DNA of 37,678 nucleotides from Candidatus Jorgensenbacteria bacterium (GCA_016234345.1 JACRFG010000076.1:1-37678), one strand, 5' to 3'. Positions 7,530-15,464 are shown, counted from the first letter of the stretch. Notes: generated from the sequence alone by a model not told the origin. A program made the numbers and translations.

Positions 7530-8978
7530 TTATCCAACACTACCCTCGAGACTGATGCCTAAAAGTTTCTGAGCTTCTACCGCGAACTCCATAGGGAGCT
7601 CCTTAAACACTTCTTTGCAGAATCCGCTCACAATCATATTTATCGCATCTTCCGGTTTGATGCCCCGTTGTCGGCAGTAAAAAAGCTGATCTTCGCCGAT
7701 CTTTGAAGTCGATGCCTCATGCTCGATCTGCGCGGTACTATTGTTGACTTCCAAATAAGGAAAGGTGTGGGCGCCGCACTCGTCGCCAACCAAGAGCGAA
7801 TCGCACTGCGAATAGTTTCTGGCGCGATCGGCTTTTTTCACGACTTTGACTAAACCGCGATATGAATTTTGCCCATGGCCGGCTGCAATACCTTTAGAAA
7901 CAATGGTGCTCTTCGTGTTTTTCCCTATATGGATCATCTTGGTTCCGGTATCGGCTTGCTGATAACGAGAAGTGACGGCCACCGAGTAGAATTCTCCGAT
8001 CGAATTATCACCTATCAAGAGGCAGCTCGGGTATTTCCAGGTAATGGCTGCGCCGGCTTCAACTTGCGTCCATGATATTTTCGAGTTGCGACCGGCGCAC
8101 TTGCCGCGCTTGGTCACAAAGTTGTAGATTCCACCGCGACCGAGTTCGTCGCCGGGATACCAATTCTGAATGGTCGAGTACTTGATTTGAGCATTATCGT
8201 GCGCGATAAGTTCCACGACAGCTGCGTGGAGCTGTTTTTCCGAACGTACCGGCGCACTGCAACCTTCAAGATAACTCACATAGCTTCCTTCATCGGCGAT
8301 GATAAGTGTCCGCTCGAATTGACCGGTTTCAGGATTATTCATGCGAAAGTAAGTTGAGAGTTCCATCGGGCAACGCACGCCCTTAGGTATATAAACGAAC
8401 GAACCATCGCTAAACACCGCAGAGTTCAAAGCGGAGAAAAAATTGTCGGTGTAGGGCACGACCGAACCCAAATATTTACGAACCAACTCCGGATGGTTTT
8501 GAACCGCTTCGGAGAACGAACAAAAAATAATGCCGTGTTTGGCCAATTCTTCTTTAAAGGTTGTTGCAACGGAAACGCTATCAAACACGGCATCAACCGC
8601 GACACCCACGAGCCGCTTTTGTTCTCCAAGAGAAATGCCCAACTTTTCGTACGTCTTCAAAATCTCGGGATCGACATCAGATAGGCTTGCCGGACCTCTC
8701 AATTTCGATTTGGGTGCGGCGTAATAAATTTGATCTTGATAATCAATGGGATCGTGTTTGATATTAGCCCATGTAGGCTCTTGTATGGTGAGCCAGTGTC
8801 GATACGCCTTAAGACGCCACTCAAGAAGCCATGCCGGTTCCTGTTTCTTCGCAGAAATAAAACGGACCGTGTCTTCATTTAAACCTCTCGCCGCTGTATC
8901 TGATTCAACCTGAGTTTCAAAACCGTACTGGTACGGACGGTCAACAAATTCTTGAGCTTTCTTTTCGTCAGTCGACAT
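7530..8978 (-). CDS. sufB: Fe-S cluster assembly protein SufB
   Basis: Full-length SufB-like sequence (..YQYGF.., ..SYLEGCSAP.., ..IQNWY.., ..[12 protein letters not shown].., C-terminal ..[21 protein letters not shown]..). I prefer the ATG at 8978 (GGAGTG SD, 5-nt spacer) over the track's TTG at 8993. Confidence 0.9.
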   Translation of the reverse strand: MSTDEKKAQEFVDRPYQYGFETQVESDTAARGLNEDTVRFISAKKQEPAWLLEWRLKAYRHWLTIQEPTWANIKHDPIDYQDQIYYAAPKSKLRGPASLSDVDPEILKTYEKLGISLGEQKRLVGVAVDAVFDSVSVATTFKEELAKHGIIFCSFSEAVQNHPELVRKYLGSVVPYTDNFFSALNSAVFSDGSFVYIPKGVRCPMELSTYFRMNNPETGQFERTLIIADEGSYVSYLEGCSAPVRSEKQLHAAVVELIAHDNAQIKYSTIQNWYPGDELGRGGIYNFVTKRGKCAGRNSKISWTQVEAGAAITWKYPSCLLIGDNSIGEFYSVAVTSRYQQADTGTKMIHIGKNTKSTIVSKGIAAGHGQNSYRGLVKVVKKADRARNYSQCDSLLVGDECGAHTFPYLEVNNSTAQIEHEASTSKIGEDQLFYCRQRGIKPEDAINMIVSGFCKEVFKELPMEFAVEAQKLLGISLEGSVG

Positions 8979-9050
8979 AATCACTCCAATCAATATTAAG
9001 TTTTCGGATACTATCTAGAAGTATACAACCGATACGCACAAATTCGTCAA

Positions 9051-9070
9051 CTTTGGTGGACCTGCGGGGA
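9051..9070 (-). repeat. Orphan duplicate of the tRNA-Ala 3' end plus flank (ends ...TCCACCA)
   Basis: GTGGACCTGCGGGGA at 9056-9070 is identical to 9249-9263, the 3' acceptor strand and T-stem 3' strand of tRNA-Ala. The flanking CTTTG also recurs (9051-9055 and 9241-9245), separated by a 3-nt indel. No T-stem partner exists upstream of it, so it is not a tRNA. Confidence 0.8.
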
Positions 9071-9202
9071 ATTTCACGTCGTCCTTCAATTTGGCTCAGG
9101 ACTCCTTAAAAACCTCTCGGTTTTTAATTCCGCCTCGGATGGCTCATTCCTACACGGGGAAAACTAACTTTCCCCCGACCCCCTTTTGCGTTCAACTCCC
9201 CC
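9066..9202 (-). ncRNA. Candidate structured RNA or element remnant between the tRNA-Ala repeats
   Basis: Helices on the minus strand: GGGGAAA/TTTCCCC (9156-9175), AAAAACC-GAGA-GGTTTTT with a GNRA loop (9108-9125), and GTCCT..AGGAC. A possible closing helix pairs GGGGGA (9197-9202) with TTCCCC (9066-9071). No family recognised. Confidence 0.25.
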
Positions 9203-9207
9203 GTCAT

Positions 9208-9248
9208 AAAAACAAACAAGCTCCTAATTCTAGAAGCTTGCTTTGTTT
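9208..9248 (-). terminator. Hairpin immediately 3' of tRNA-Ala
   Basis: 13-bp stem with one bulge (AAACAAAgCAAGCT / AGCTTGTTTGTTT), followed by TT on the minus strand. Confidence 0.45.
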
Positions 9249-9249
9249 G

Positions 9250-9320
9250 TGGACCTGCGGGGAGTTGAACCCCGGACTCATCCATGCCATGGATGCGTGT
9301 TACCGCTATACTACAGGCCC
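9250..9320 (-). tRNA. tRNA-Ala (anticodon GGC)
   Basis: Acceptor GGGCCTG/CAGGTCC with the G3:U70 Ala identity pair. Anticodon arm CATCC-ATGGCAT-GGATG, T arm CGGGG-TTCAACT-CCCCG, discriminator A. No encoded CCA. Confidence 0.9.
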
Positions 9321-9382
9321 TTAATTTACCGTTTTCAATTCTAAACGAATAAATAACGGACCGCAATCTATTTGACCGTAAA

Positions 9383-10084
9383 CTACCTTCCAAAACGCCG
9401 TTCGGTGCGTTTAAAGGCTTCTAAAACATTTTTAAATTCTTGGGGTGAAAAATCAGGCCAAAGAGTTTCCGTAAAGTGGAGCTGGGCATCAGCCACGTCC
9501 CACATCATAAAACCATCCGACCAATGCGGTTCGCCGCCAGTACGAATAACCAAATCGACCGGCGGAAGATCACCGGTCCAAAGAATATTTTTTATTAATG
9601 ATGAATCTATTTTATTCCAATCTTTAACCGATAATGCGACAACTTTTTTAAAAGCTTCGATCATTTCGTCGATACCACTATAAGCCATAAGGAATGTAAG
9701 TCTATAATTTTGATATTCTTTTGTTCGCTTCAAAATTTCTTCCATTGGTTTTTTAGTCGCTTCAGGAAATAATTCTCGCCAACGACCGATGATGTCAACA
9801 TTAATTTTATTTTTATGAATATCGTCGCTTATCAATAAACGCTTGAAGTAAATTCTAAAAATATCGAAAAGATGTTTGCGCTCGCTTGCCGATCGATCGG
9901 TAACGTTTGCCACGGACGAACCCCAAAAAGTTATGAACGGAATTTTATAATCAAGCGCCGTCCGCAATATCTTTTCGGTGTTTTTAGCACCAGCCATGTG
10001 ACCGAAATAAGAGGGACGCTTTTTACGCTTTGCCCACCTACGATTACCATCGGGAATGATCGCAACGTGTTTCGGTAAAACCAT
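9383..10084 (-). CDS. uppS: Undecaprenyl-diphosphate synthase (cis-prenyltransferase)
   Basis: HVAIIPDGNRRWA near the N-terminus, ..TFWGSS.. and ..IRTGGEPHWSDGFMMW.., at the typical 233-aa length. Confidence 0.9.
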   Translation of the reverse strand: MVLPKHVAIIPDGNRRWAKRKKRPSYFGHMAGAKNTEKILRTALDYKIPFITFWGSSVANVTDRSASERKHLFDIFRIYFKRLLISDDIHKNKINVDIIGRWRELFPEATKKPMEEILKRTKEYQNYRLTFLMAYSGIDEMIEAFKKVVALSVKDWNKIDSSLIKNILWTGDLPPVDLVIRTGGEPHWSDGFMMWDVADAQLHFTETLWPDFSPQEFKNVLEAFKRTERRFGR

Positions 10085-10105
10085 AATCGAGTAAAAATTA
10101 TTTTG

Positions 10106-10177
10106 TGGGCGTTAGAGGGATTGAACCTCTGACCTTTTGCGTGTCATGCAAACGCTCTACCACTGAGCTAAACGCCC
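10106..10177 (-). tRNA. tRNA-Val (anticodon GAC)
   Basis: Acceptor GGGCGTT/AACGCCC, D arm GCTC..GAGC, anticodon arm TTTGC-ATGACAC-GCAAA, T arm AGAGG-TTCAATC-CCTCT, discriminator A. It lies 21 nt upstream of uppS on the same strand. Confidence 0.9.
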
Positions 10178-10215
10178 AAATACAACAATCAGATTAATGT
10201 TGTACACCAGTGAAT

Positions 10216-10545
10216 TTAAGGATGTTTTTCTTTGCGCAGCGCTTTAGTTTTTTGAAAGGCTAAGGCGACATCGTCGTCGGGAAATCTCAAGCGCGCCTCA
10301 ACAACATCCTGTAGTTTTTCTTGCGGAATTTCGGTGCCGAGCGGAACTTTACCGCCTAACAGCTTGGTAAACCCCATACGTCGTTCAGTTCCATCATTGT
10401 TATGTATAGCGACAATAATCTCGTCGGTACTATTCTTGACTACAGTTACTGTCTTACCCAGCTCAATGGCCACATCCTGAATCATATGCAACAGTTTACG
10501 CTCATCCTCATTCGACATTTTTTCTACGAACCCTGACTCCTTCAT
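10216..10545 (-). CDS. Hypothetical protein (109 aa)
   Basis: Clean ORF between terminator-like hairpins with a charged, soluble-looking sequence. No recognisable motif. Confidence 0.45.
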   Translation of the reverse strand: MKESGFVEKMSNEDERKLLHMIQDVAIELGKTVTVVKNSTDEIIVAIHNNDGTERRMGFTKLLGGKVPLGTEIPQEKLQDVVEARLRFPDDDVALAFQKTKALRKEKHP

Positions 10546-10645
10546 TTATGTTTTACATAATACCCAAATCAACATTGTATCGCAACCATAAAACATAATC
10601 CCGCCAAACCTTATATAGATTAGGCGGGATATTACTCTTTTAAAA

Positions 10646-11506
10646 TCACTTGTGCTTAAGATCGTCCTTCAGAACCAGAAGTTCCCTGCGTCGCTCCAAA
10701 GGTATGACCGGATATCTCAACTTCATTCGCTTCAGGCGCTTCACTACGATATCGGCAACAGCCGCCCGAGTGACCCATTTATGATCAGCCGGCACAACAT
10801 ACCACGGCGCATGTTTGGTGCTGGTTTTGCTCAACACTGCTTCGTACGCTTTCATGTACTCCTTCCAACGCAAACGCTCTCCGATGTCGCCAGCCGAAAA
10901 CTTATAATTTTTTTCTTTTATCTCGATACGCTGAGTAAACCGAGCTGTCTGTTCACTTTTGGATAAATGGAGGAAAAACTTGAGAATTACAATGCCATTC
11001 CTCGTAAGATATTCCTCAAAGTTATTAATATCACGAAACCGATTAGTCCAAATATCGTTCATGGTCTCGGGCGGCAAATTCTGCTTCGCCAAAAACTCGG
11101 GATGTACGCGCACCACAACCATTTCTTCGTACCATGAACGGTTCCAAACCGTAATATGACCTCGAGCCGGCAAATGTGGCGTATGTCGCCAAATCCAATC
11201 ATGATTCAAGGCTTCTTCGGACGGCCGCTTGAAACTAACCACATTGAACCCATGCGGATCGATCTCGGAAAAAACATTCCTTACGCACGTATCCTTGCCA
11301 GCCGCGTCCATAGCCTGAACAATGACCAAGACCCCGTATCGCCCTTGAGCATAAAGAAGGTTTTGATATTCACCCAACTTCAACGCTCGTCGTTCTACGA
11401 ATTTCTTCGAGTCTTTTTTTCCTTTAAATCCAAGCCAAGAATCTGTCTTAAGTTTCTTCAACTTAACCAATTCCCCCGGTTTAACCAAGAGATCACTGTC
11501 GTTCAT
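10646..11506 (-). CDS. ppk2: Polyphosphate kinase 2 (PPK2) family protein
   Basis: The Walker-A-like VLVIVQAMDAAGKD and the single-domain size are typical of PPK2. I prefer the ATG at 11506 (AAGGA 8 nt upstream) over the TTG at 11509. Confidence 0.85.
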   Translation of the reverse strand: MNDSDLLVKPGELVKLKKLKTDSWLGFKGKKDSKKFVERRALKLGEYQNLLYAQGRYGVLVIVQAMDAAGKDTCVRNVFSEIDPHGFNVVSFKRPSEEALNHDWIWRHTPHLPARGHITVWNRSWYEEMVVVRVHPEFLAKQNLPPETMNDIWTNRFRDINNFEEYLTRNGIVILKFFLHLSKSEQTARFTQRIEIKEKNYKFSAGDIGERLRWKEYMKAYEAVLSKTSTKHAPWYVVPADHKWVTRAAVADIVVKRLKRMKLRYPVIPLERRRELLVLKDDLKHK

Positions 11507-11648
11507 CAATGTTTCCTTATAGAATTGCGGTATGTGTTATCTATGGTAATTACTAGTAATAGATAATATAATAATCACCTCGTCGTGTCAATATATTATG
11601 TACGATGAATCGATAGTTGATTATTATAGATAGAAGTCGGTTCCGTCG

Positions 11649-11723
11649 GCCCCCGTAGCTCAATGGACAGAGCGGATCCGTCCTAAGGATACAATGGGAG
11701 TTCGATTCTTCCCGGGGGCACCA
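11649..11723 (+). tRNA. tRNA-Arg (anticodon CCT), CCA encoded
   Basis: Acceptor GCCCCCG/CGGGGGC, D arm GCTC..GAGC, anticodon loop GTCCTAA on an ATCC/GGAT stem, T arm GGGAG-TTCGATT-CTTCC, then A-CCA. Confidence 0.85.
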
Positions 11724-11743
11724 GACAATAAGAATCCATCACG

Positions 11744-12985
11744 ATGTTTTTGCAATTTAAAAACGATAAAACTGCTCTAACCGCCACGCTCATACTGTTT
11801 GCCTTGGGTATTTCGATACTTGCTTATACATCCATTAGCCGCGATACCCCGATTACTAAAAATTCTCCGGAGCGACCTTCTCCGCCAAAAAAATACGAAA
11901 CCGAACTGCGCATGCAAAATACCGGAGAGAGCATCGACGAATATGTGCGTAATCAAATGGCGGTTTGTTACGAGACCGGTGGTGAAAACGGCTGCTATAA
12001 AAAAATCGGCGATCTTTTTTACGATCAATTCGGTTTGGCACGAATGATTACAACATTGGAGCAAAACGAAAAATATCCGGAAGTTTACGCCCGCTGCCAC
12101 GAAGTTACCCATTACCTCGGCCGCCATGAATACACCGAAACCAAAAATATAGGCGAAGCTTTTGCAAGCTGTACTTCAATCTGCCACGGGGGATGTTTCC
12201 ACGGAATACTCGAAGGATATTTTGATGAACACAAAGAACCTTTCTTGAGCCACGAAGCAGTGCTCGCCCGCGACATATCTACGATCTGTGGCAAACAAAG
12301 TGACTACGTTATCCCCTGGTTGTATAACGAATGCGTACACGGCATCGGCCATGGTGCGATGTTTATAAACGACATGGATTTATTACATTCTCTGAAATTA
12401 TGCGATTTATTGCCCTCCGGTGAAAAACAAACTTGCTACGGCGGCGTGTTTATGGAAAACTCATCAAGCGCCACAAACCAAAATCATCCCACAAACTATT
12501 TAAGAAAGGATGATTTGATGTATCCCTGCTCAATACTCGAGGACAAATATCTTGATACTTGCTACCGCTACCAAAGTTCATATTTCGCCGAGCTTACTCA
12601 TTGGGATTGGCAAAAAACCATTGATCTTTGCATGCAAATACCCGAAATCTATCGCCGCGGGTGTTTAAGTATTGTTGGCAGCAACCAAGTCGGCTACACC
12701 CAGGATAAAAACGTAATGCGCGATAATTGCAAACTCGCACCAACGCCCGCTCTTAGAAATGAATGCGTACGGGGCGTGATGACTTCGTTCGGTGGCCGTT
12801 TCATTAATACACCAACACATCTAATCGAGTTTTGCTCTATTGTCGATAAGGAAAACAAGGAGACTTGCTACGGACGTATGAGTGAAATATTATCAGCATG
12901 GGGCTTGGATAACGTTAAAAAGAAAGGAGTCTGCGAAAACATAACCGATAAAGATTTTGTCGCAGCTTGTATTCAGCGAAATTAA
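11744..12985 (+). CDS. Membrane-anchored Cys/His-rich repeat protein (hypothetical)
   Basis: 413 aa with an N-terminal TM (ALTATLILFALGISILAY). About 10 spaced copies of a C-[YHV]-x-G-like unit follow (GCYKKIG, RCHEVTHYLG, GCFHGILEG, ECVHGIGHG, TCYGGVF, TCYRYQS, RGCLSIVG, ECVRGVM, TCYGRMS). Confidence 0.6.
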   Translation: MFLQFKNDKTALTATLILFALGISILAYTSISRDTPITKNSPERPSPPKKYETELRMQNTGESIDEYVRNQMAVCYETGGENGCYKKIGDLFYDQFGLARMITTLEQNEKYPEVYARCHEVTHYLGRHEYTETKNIGEAFASCTSICHGGCFHGILEGYFDEHKEPFLSHEAVLARDISTICGKQSDYVIPWLYNECVHGIGHGAMFINDMDLLHSLKLCDLLPSGEKQTCYGGVFMENSSSATNQNHPTNYLRKDDLMYPCSILEDKYLDTCYRYQSSYFAELTHWDWQKTIDLCMQIPEIYRRGCLSIVGSNQVGYTQDKNVMRDNCKLAPTPALRNECVRGVMTSFGGRFINTPTHLIEFCSIVDKENKETCYGRMSEILSAWGLDNVKKKGVCENITDKDFVAACIQRN

Positions 12986-12992
12986 TTAGATT

Positions 12993-13061
12993 GGTGGGAT
13001 GCCAGAGTGGCCGAATGGGCCGCACTCGAAATGCGGTATGCCCGAAAGGGCATCGGAGGTT
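12993..13061 (+). pseudogene. tRNA-Ser(CGA) 5' fragment, interrupted in the T loop
   Basis: Acceptor 5' strand GGTGGGA, D arm CCA..TGG, anticodon arm CCGCA-CTCGAAA-TGCGG, variable arm ATGCCC-GAAA-GGGCAT, and T-stem 5' strand GGAGG+TT. Unrelated sequence follows, with no CCTCC partner. Confidence 0.6.
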
Positions 13062-13065
13062 TTCC

Positions 13066-13114
13066 CGATTTGTCTAAAAATTTTATACTGGCTAGAATTT
13101 TTAGGCACAAATCG
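13066..13114. repeat. Imperfect inverted repeat (17/19-nt arms, 13-nt loop)
   Basis: CGATTTGTcTAAAAATT ... AATTTTTAggcACAAATCG, located between the truncated and the intact tRNA-Ser. Confidence 0.8.
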
Positions 13115-13130
13115 CAATCCCGCCTAAAGC

Positions 13131-13217
13131 GGAAGGTTGGCAGAGTGGTCTAATGCGCCACACTCGAAATGTGGTTGGGGAGAAATCCCCTCGGAGGTTC
13201 GAATCCTCCACCTTCCG
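13131..13217 (+). tRNA. tRNA-Ser (anticodon CGA)
   Basis: Acceptor GGAAGGT/ACCTTCC, D arm GCA..TGC, anticodon arm CCACA-CTCGAAA-TGTGG, variable arm GGGGA-GAAA-TCCCC, T arm GGAGG-TTCGAAT-CCTCC, discriminator G. Confidence 0.9.
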
Positions 13218-13255
13218 CTTTGTGCGGGACGAATCCCCGCCTGCCGGCGAGCAGG

Positions 13256-13267
13256 CTCCTCCCACCG
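13256..13267 (+). pseudogene. Orphan 3' fragment matching the interrupted tRNA-Ser at 12993
   Basis: CTCC-TCCCACC-G consists of 4 of 5 nt of the T-stem 3' strand for GGAGG, a perfect Watson-Crick complement of acceptor GGTGGGA, and the Ser-type discriminator G. Confidence 0.5.
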
Positions 13268-13363
13268 CATCAAATCGAAAAATCTTGCGGTCTATGGCGA
13301 TAAGGTAATCAAAATTGCACAAAATCACTTTAAAAACGTGGGTCTTTGTTGTAGGGTTAAATC

Positions 13364-14410
13364 GTGGAAAAATTTTCGACGTCAAGAGAGTCCATATTAG
13401 AAACAGTTCATGATGAAAAACTTGAGAAAAACGGAACAAGACGCTACACCTTAAAATCCGGAGAAACCATCGAAGTAAACTGGAAAGAATTTGATCCCGG
13501 AAAAGAAACATGCACAGATACATCTGTTGTTTTTCTCCCAGGATGGGCGATAGGAGAACAGACAGAGATGGTAAAAAATCTGAGTGAAGCATTTTCAAAA
13601 AATTCAAAAAGCCCTACCTATGCCGTAACAAGCCGGGCTGAACAGTTAAGGCCGAGCGAAGACTCGCTTAAAAACCAGGCAGAAGCAATTAAAGAATTTA
13701 TTAAAGAGCGGGGTATAAAAGAACTGATTCTAGCGGGTCATTCTCAAGGAGGCGACAAAGCAATAAATGTCGCTGCCATGCTACAAGAAGATCCTTCAAT
13801 GAAGATTAAGGGGGTAATTTTGTTAGATTCGATGGGACTTTATGAACAATCGCCTATGGGCTTGGCCGGTCACCTCGCTAAAGATTTAATAGTTGATACA
13901 CCAATAGGAATGACCGGATTCGATATGAAAAACCCGGCCATGCGAAAATGGGTTCGTGAGAATACTGCGATGGCACGAAAGAGCATTCGTTCGGCGATCG
14001 ATATCATCATAGCTATTATGAAAGACGTACAAAAATCCAGGCTCGACTATCCCGCGAAGTTGATTAAAGAAGTTCGCGAAATGGCTAAAGCCAATCCGAA
14101 TTTAGGTAAACTAAAAATGCCCATTATCCTAATGTCCGGTTCACAAGATCCAATATCGAACCCAGAAAAGATGATTGCTTACAACAAAGAAGAAGGAAGG
14201 CCTGAAGAGAGTGCGGGACCTATCGATTCACGAGAATATTATCTCAGAAAGAATATTTTTCCAGAAAGCCCATATGTGAAAATGGTGGTTCCCGAAAAAT
14301 TCGGCCATCATAGCATGCCGTTCTTCAGGGCGGAGTCAGTTGCTAAGACGTCGCTTTATCTCTTAAAAAGATTTGAGAACATATCTAAAACTAAAACTGA
14401 AGGAAATTAG
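13364..14410 (+). CDS. Alpha/beta-fold hydrolase
   Basis: Nucleophile elbow LAGHSQGGD, oxyanion region VVFLPGW, and late SGSQDP (Asp) and GHHSMPF (His). The GTG start is the first in-frame start upstream of the VVFLPGW block. Confidence 0.75.
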   Translation: MEKFSTSRESILETVHDEKLEKNGTRRYTLKSGETIEVNWKEFDPGKETCTDTSVVFLPGWAIGEQTEMVKNLSEAFSKNSKSPTYAVTSRAEQLRPSEDSLKNQAEAIKEFIKERGIKELILAGHSQGGDKAINVAAMLQEDPSMKIKGVILLDSMGLYEQSPMGLAGHLAKDLIVDTPIGMTGFDMKNPAMRKWVRENTAMARKSIRSAIDIIIAIMKDVQKSRLDYPAKLIKEVREMAKANPNLGKLKMPIILMSGSQDPISNPEKMIAYNKEEGRPEESAGPIDSREYYLRKNIFPESPYVKMVVPEKFGHHSMPFFRAESVAKTSLYLLKRFENISKTKTEGN

Positions 14411-14422
14411 AAAGGTATAAAT

Positions 14423-15379
14423 ATGACATCGGCTTTATTTCTAATCATTCTGGGATTCGTTGTCCTATTGAAGGGCGCTGATTGGTTAGTCGAGGGATCA
14501 TCGACCATAGCCAGACGCCTAGGTATTTCTCAATTAGTCATCGGTTTAACCGTCGTTGCTTTTGGAACATCAGCACCGGAACTCTTTGTTAATATCTTCG
14601 CCGGAATCAAAGGCGAAGCTGATATCGCTATAGGCAATATTTTGGGGAGTAATATTGTTAATATTCTCCTTATCCTCGGCATTGCAGCAACAATTTATCC
14701 GCTAGCTCTCAAACGCAGTACGATTTGGAAAGAGATTCCCTTGAGCGGCCTCGCGGCTATTGTTCTCGCGCTCTTAGTAAATGACAACCGAACCAACGGA
14801 TCATTTATAGGACTGACACGCGTCGACGGCTTGGTGCTTATTGCTTTCTTTTTCTTTTTTCTTTACTACACCTATCACATAAACAAAAATGATGTATCTC
14901 AAAAATCAGCAGTTCATATCAATCCACATTCATGGCCATACGCCCTCTTATTAACCGCTATTGGCCTTATCAGTTTATTAATAGGCGGCAAACTAATTGT
15001 CGATAACGCCGTAGCGATAGCGCTCATATTAAAAGCCAGCCAGGCCGTTATTGGTCTTACTATTGTTGCAATCGGCACGTCTCTACCAGAACTTGCCACT
15101 TCTGCGGTCGCTGCTTATAAAAAAAATCCTGATATCGCAGTTGGCAATATAGTCGGTTCAAACATCTTTAACATTTTCTGGATTTTAGGAATCAGTGCGG
15201 TTATCAATCCCTTGGCTTTTTCACAAAAATTATTTCCGGACATCGGAGTAATCATCTTCACAACCTTATTATTATTTTTATGTATGTTCATCGGAAAACG
15301 ACATGTTTTAGAACGATGGCAAGGAATTACTTTCGTTCTTCTATATATAATCTATATCTTTTCACTACTAGTACGATGA
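14423..15379 (+). CDS. CaCA-family Ca2+/Na+ antiporter (YrbG-like)
   Basis: Two alpha-repeats, GTSAPELFVN and GTSLPELATS, each followed by GNI(L/V)GSNI(V/F)N. About 10 TM segments. AAAGG SD. Confidence 0.85.
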   Translation: MTSALFLIILGFVVLLKGADWLVEGSSTIARRLGISQLVIGLTVVAFGTSAPELFVNIFAGIKGEADIAIGNILGSNIVNILLILGIAATIYPLALKRSTIWKEIPLSGLAAIVLALLVNDNRTNGSFIGLTRVDGLVLIAFFFFFLYYTYHINKNDVSQKSAVHINPHSWPYALLLTAIGLISLLIGGKLIVDNAVAIALILKASQAVIGLTIVAIGTSLPELATSAVAAYKKNPDIAVGNIVGSNIFNIFWILGISAVINPLAFSQKLFPDIGVIIFTTLLLFLCMFIGKRHVLERWQGITFVLLYIIYIFSLLVR

Positions 15380-15425
15380 GATATCCAAGCATAGATAAAA
15401 CAATACTCCGCATCTTTTAAAGATA

Positions 15426-15434
15426 TGCTACAAT
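15426..15434 (+). promoter_or_regulatory. Extended -10 box TGcTACAAT
   Basis: 30 nt upstream of the ATG at 15465. Confidence 0.35.
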
Positions 15435-15464
15435 AAGACAAAAGGTCTAAATTTTTATAAACAC

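Noticed and set aside
9010-9030. Short inverted repeat ATACT-7 nt-AGTAT over the putative sufB promoter as an Fe-S regulator operator
   Set aside because: The arms are only 5 bp, and the TTGACG/TATACT promoter assignment has a suboptimal 19-nt spacer. The support is too weak.
9080-9110. Hammerhead-like core (CUGAG.. and GUGAAA strings on the minus strand)
   Set aside because: The CUGANGA box is not satisfied (it reads CUGAGCC), and the three-stem geometry cannot be drawn.
9053-9215. tmRNA (ssrA) or two-piece tmRNA. Suggested by the ...TCCACCA end, the tRNA-Ala-like acceptor strand and a GTAGGAAT string.
   Set aside because: There is no T-arm partner (no CGGGG 5' of the TCCCCG strand). No 5' strand pairs with CAGGTCC apart from the genuine tRNA-Ala. 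No recognisable tag ORF or pseudoknot series is present, and the region is far shorter than a tmRNA.
9091-9393. Track ORFs 9091..9324 (+) and 9124..9393 (-); also 6972..7196 (+)
   Set aside because: They run through tRNA-Ala (and tRNA-Ser-TGA respectively) and the structured spacer. They have no SD and no protein-like features.
13101-13607. Track ORFs 13101..13607 (-) and 13137..13400 (+)
   Set aside because: They overlap the intact tRNA-Ser(CGA) and the tRNA fragments, and their sequences are low complexity. They are antisense or alternate-frame artefacts.
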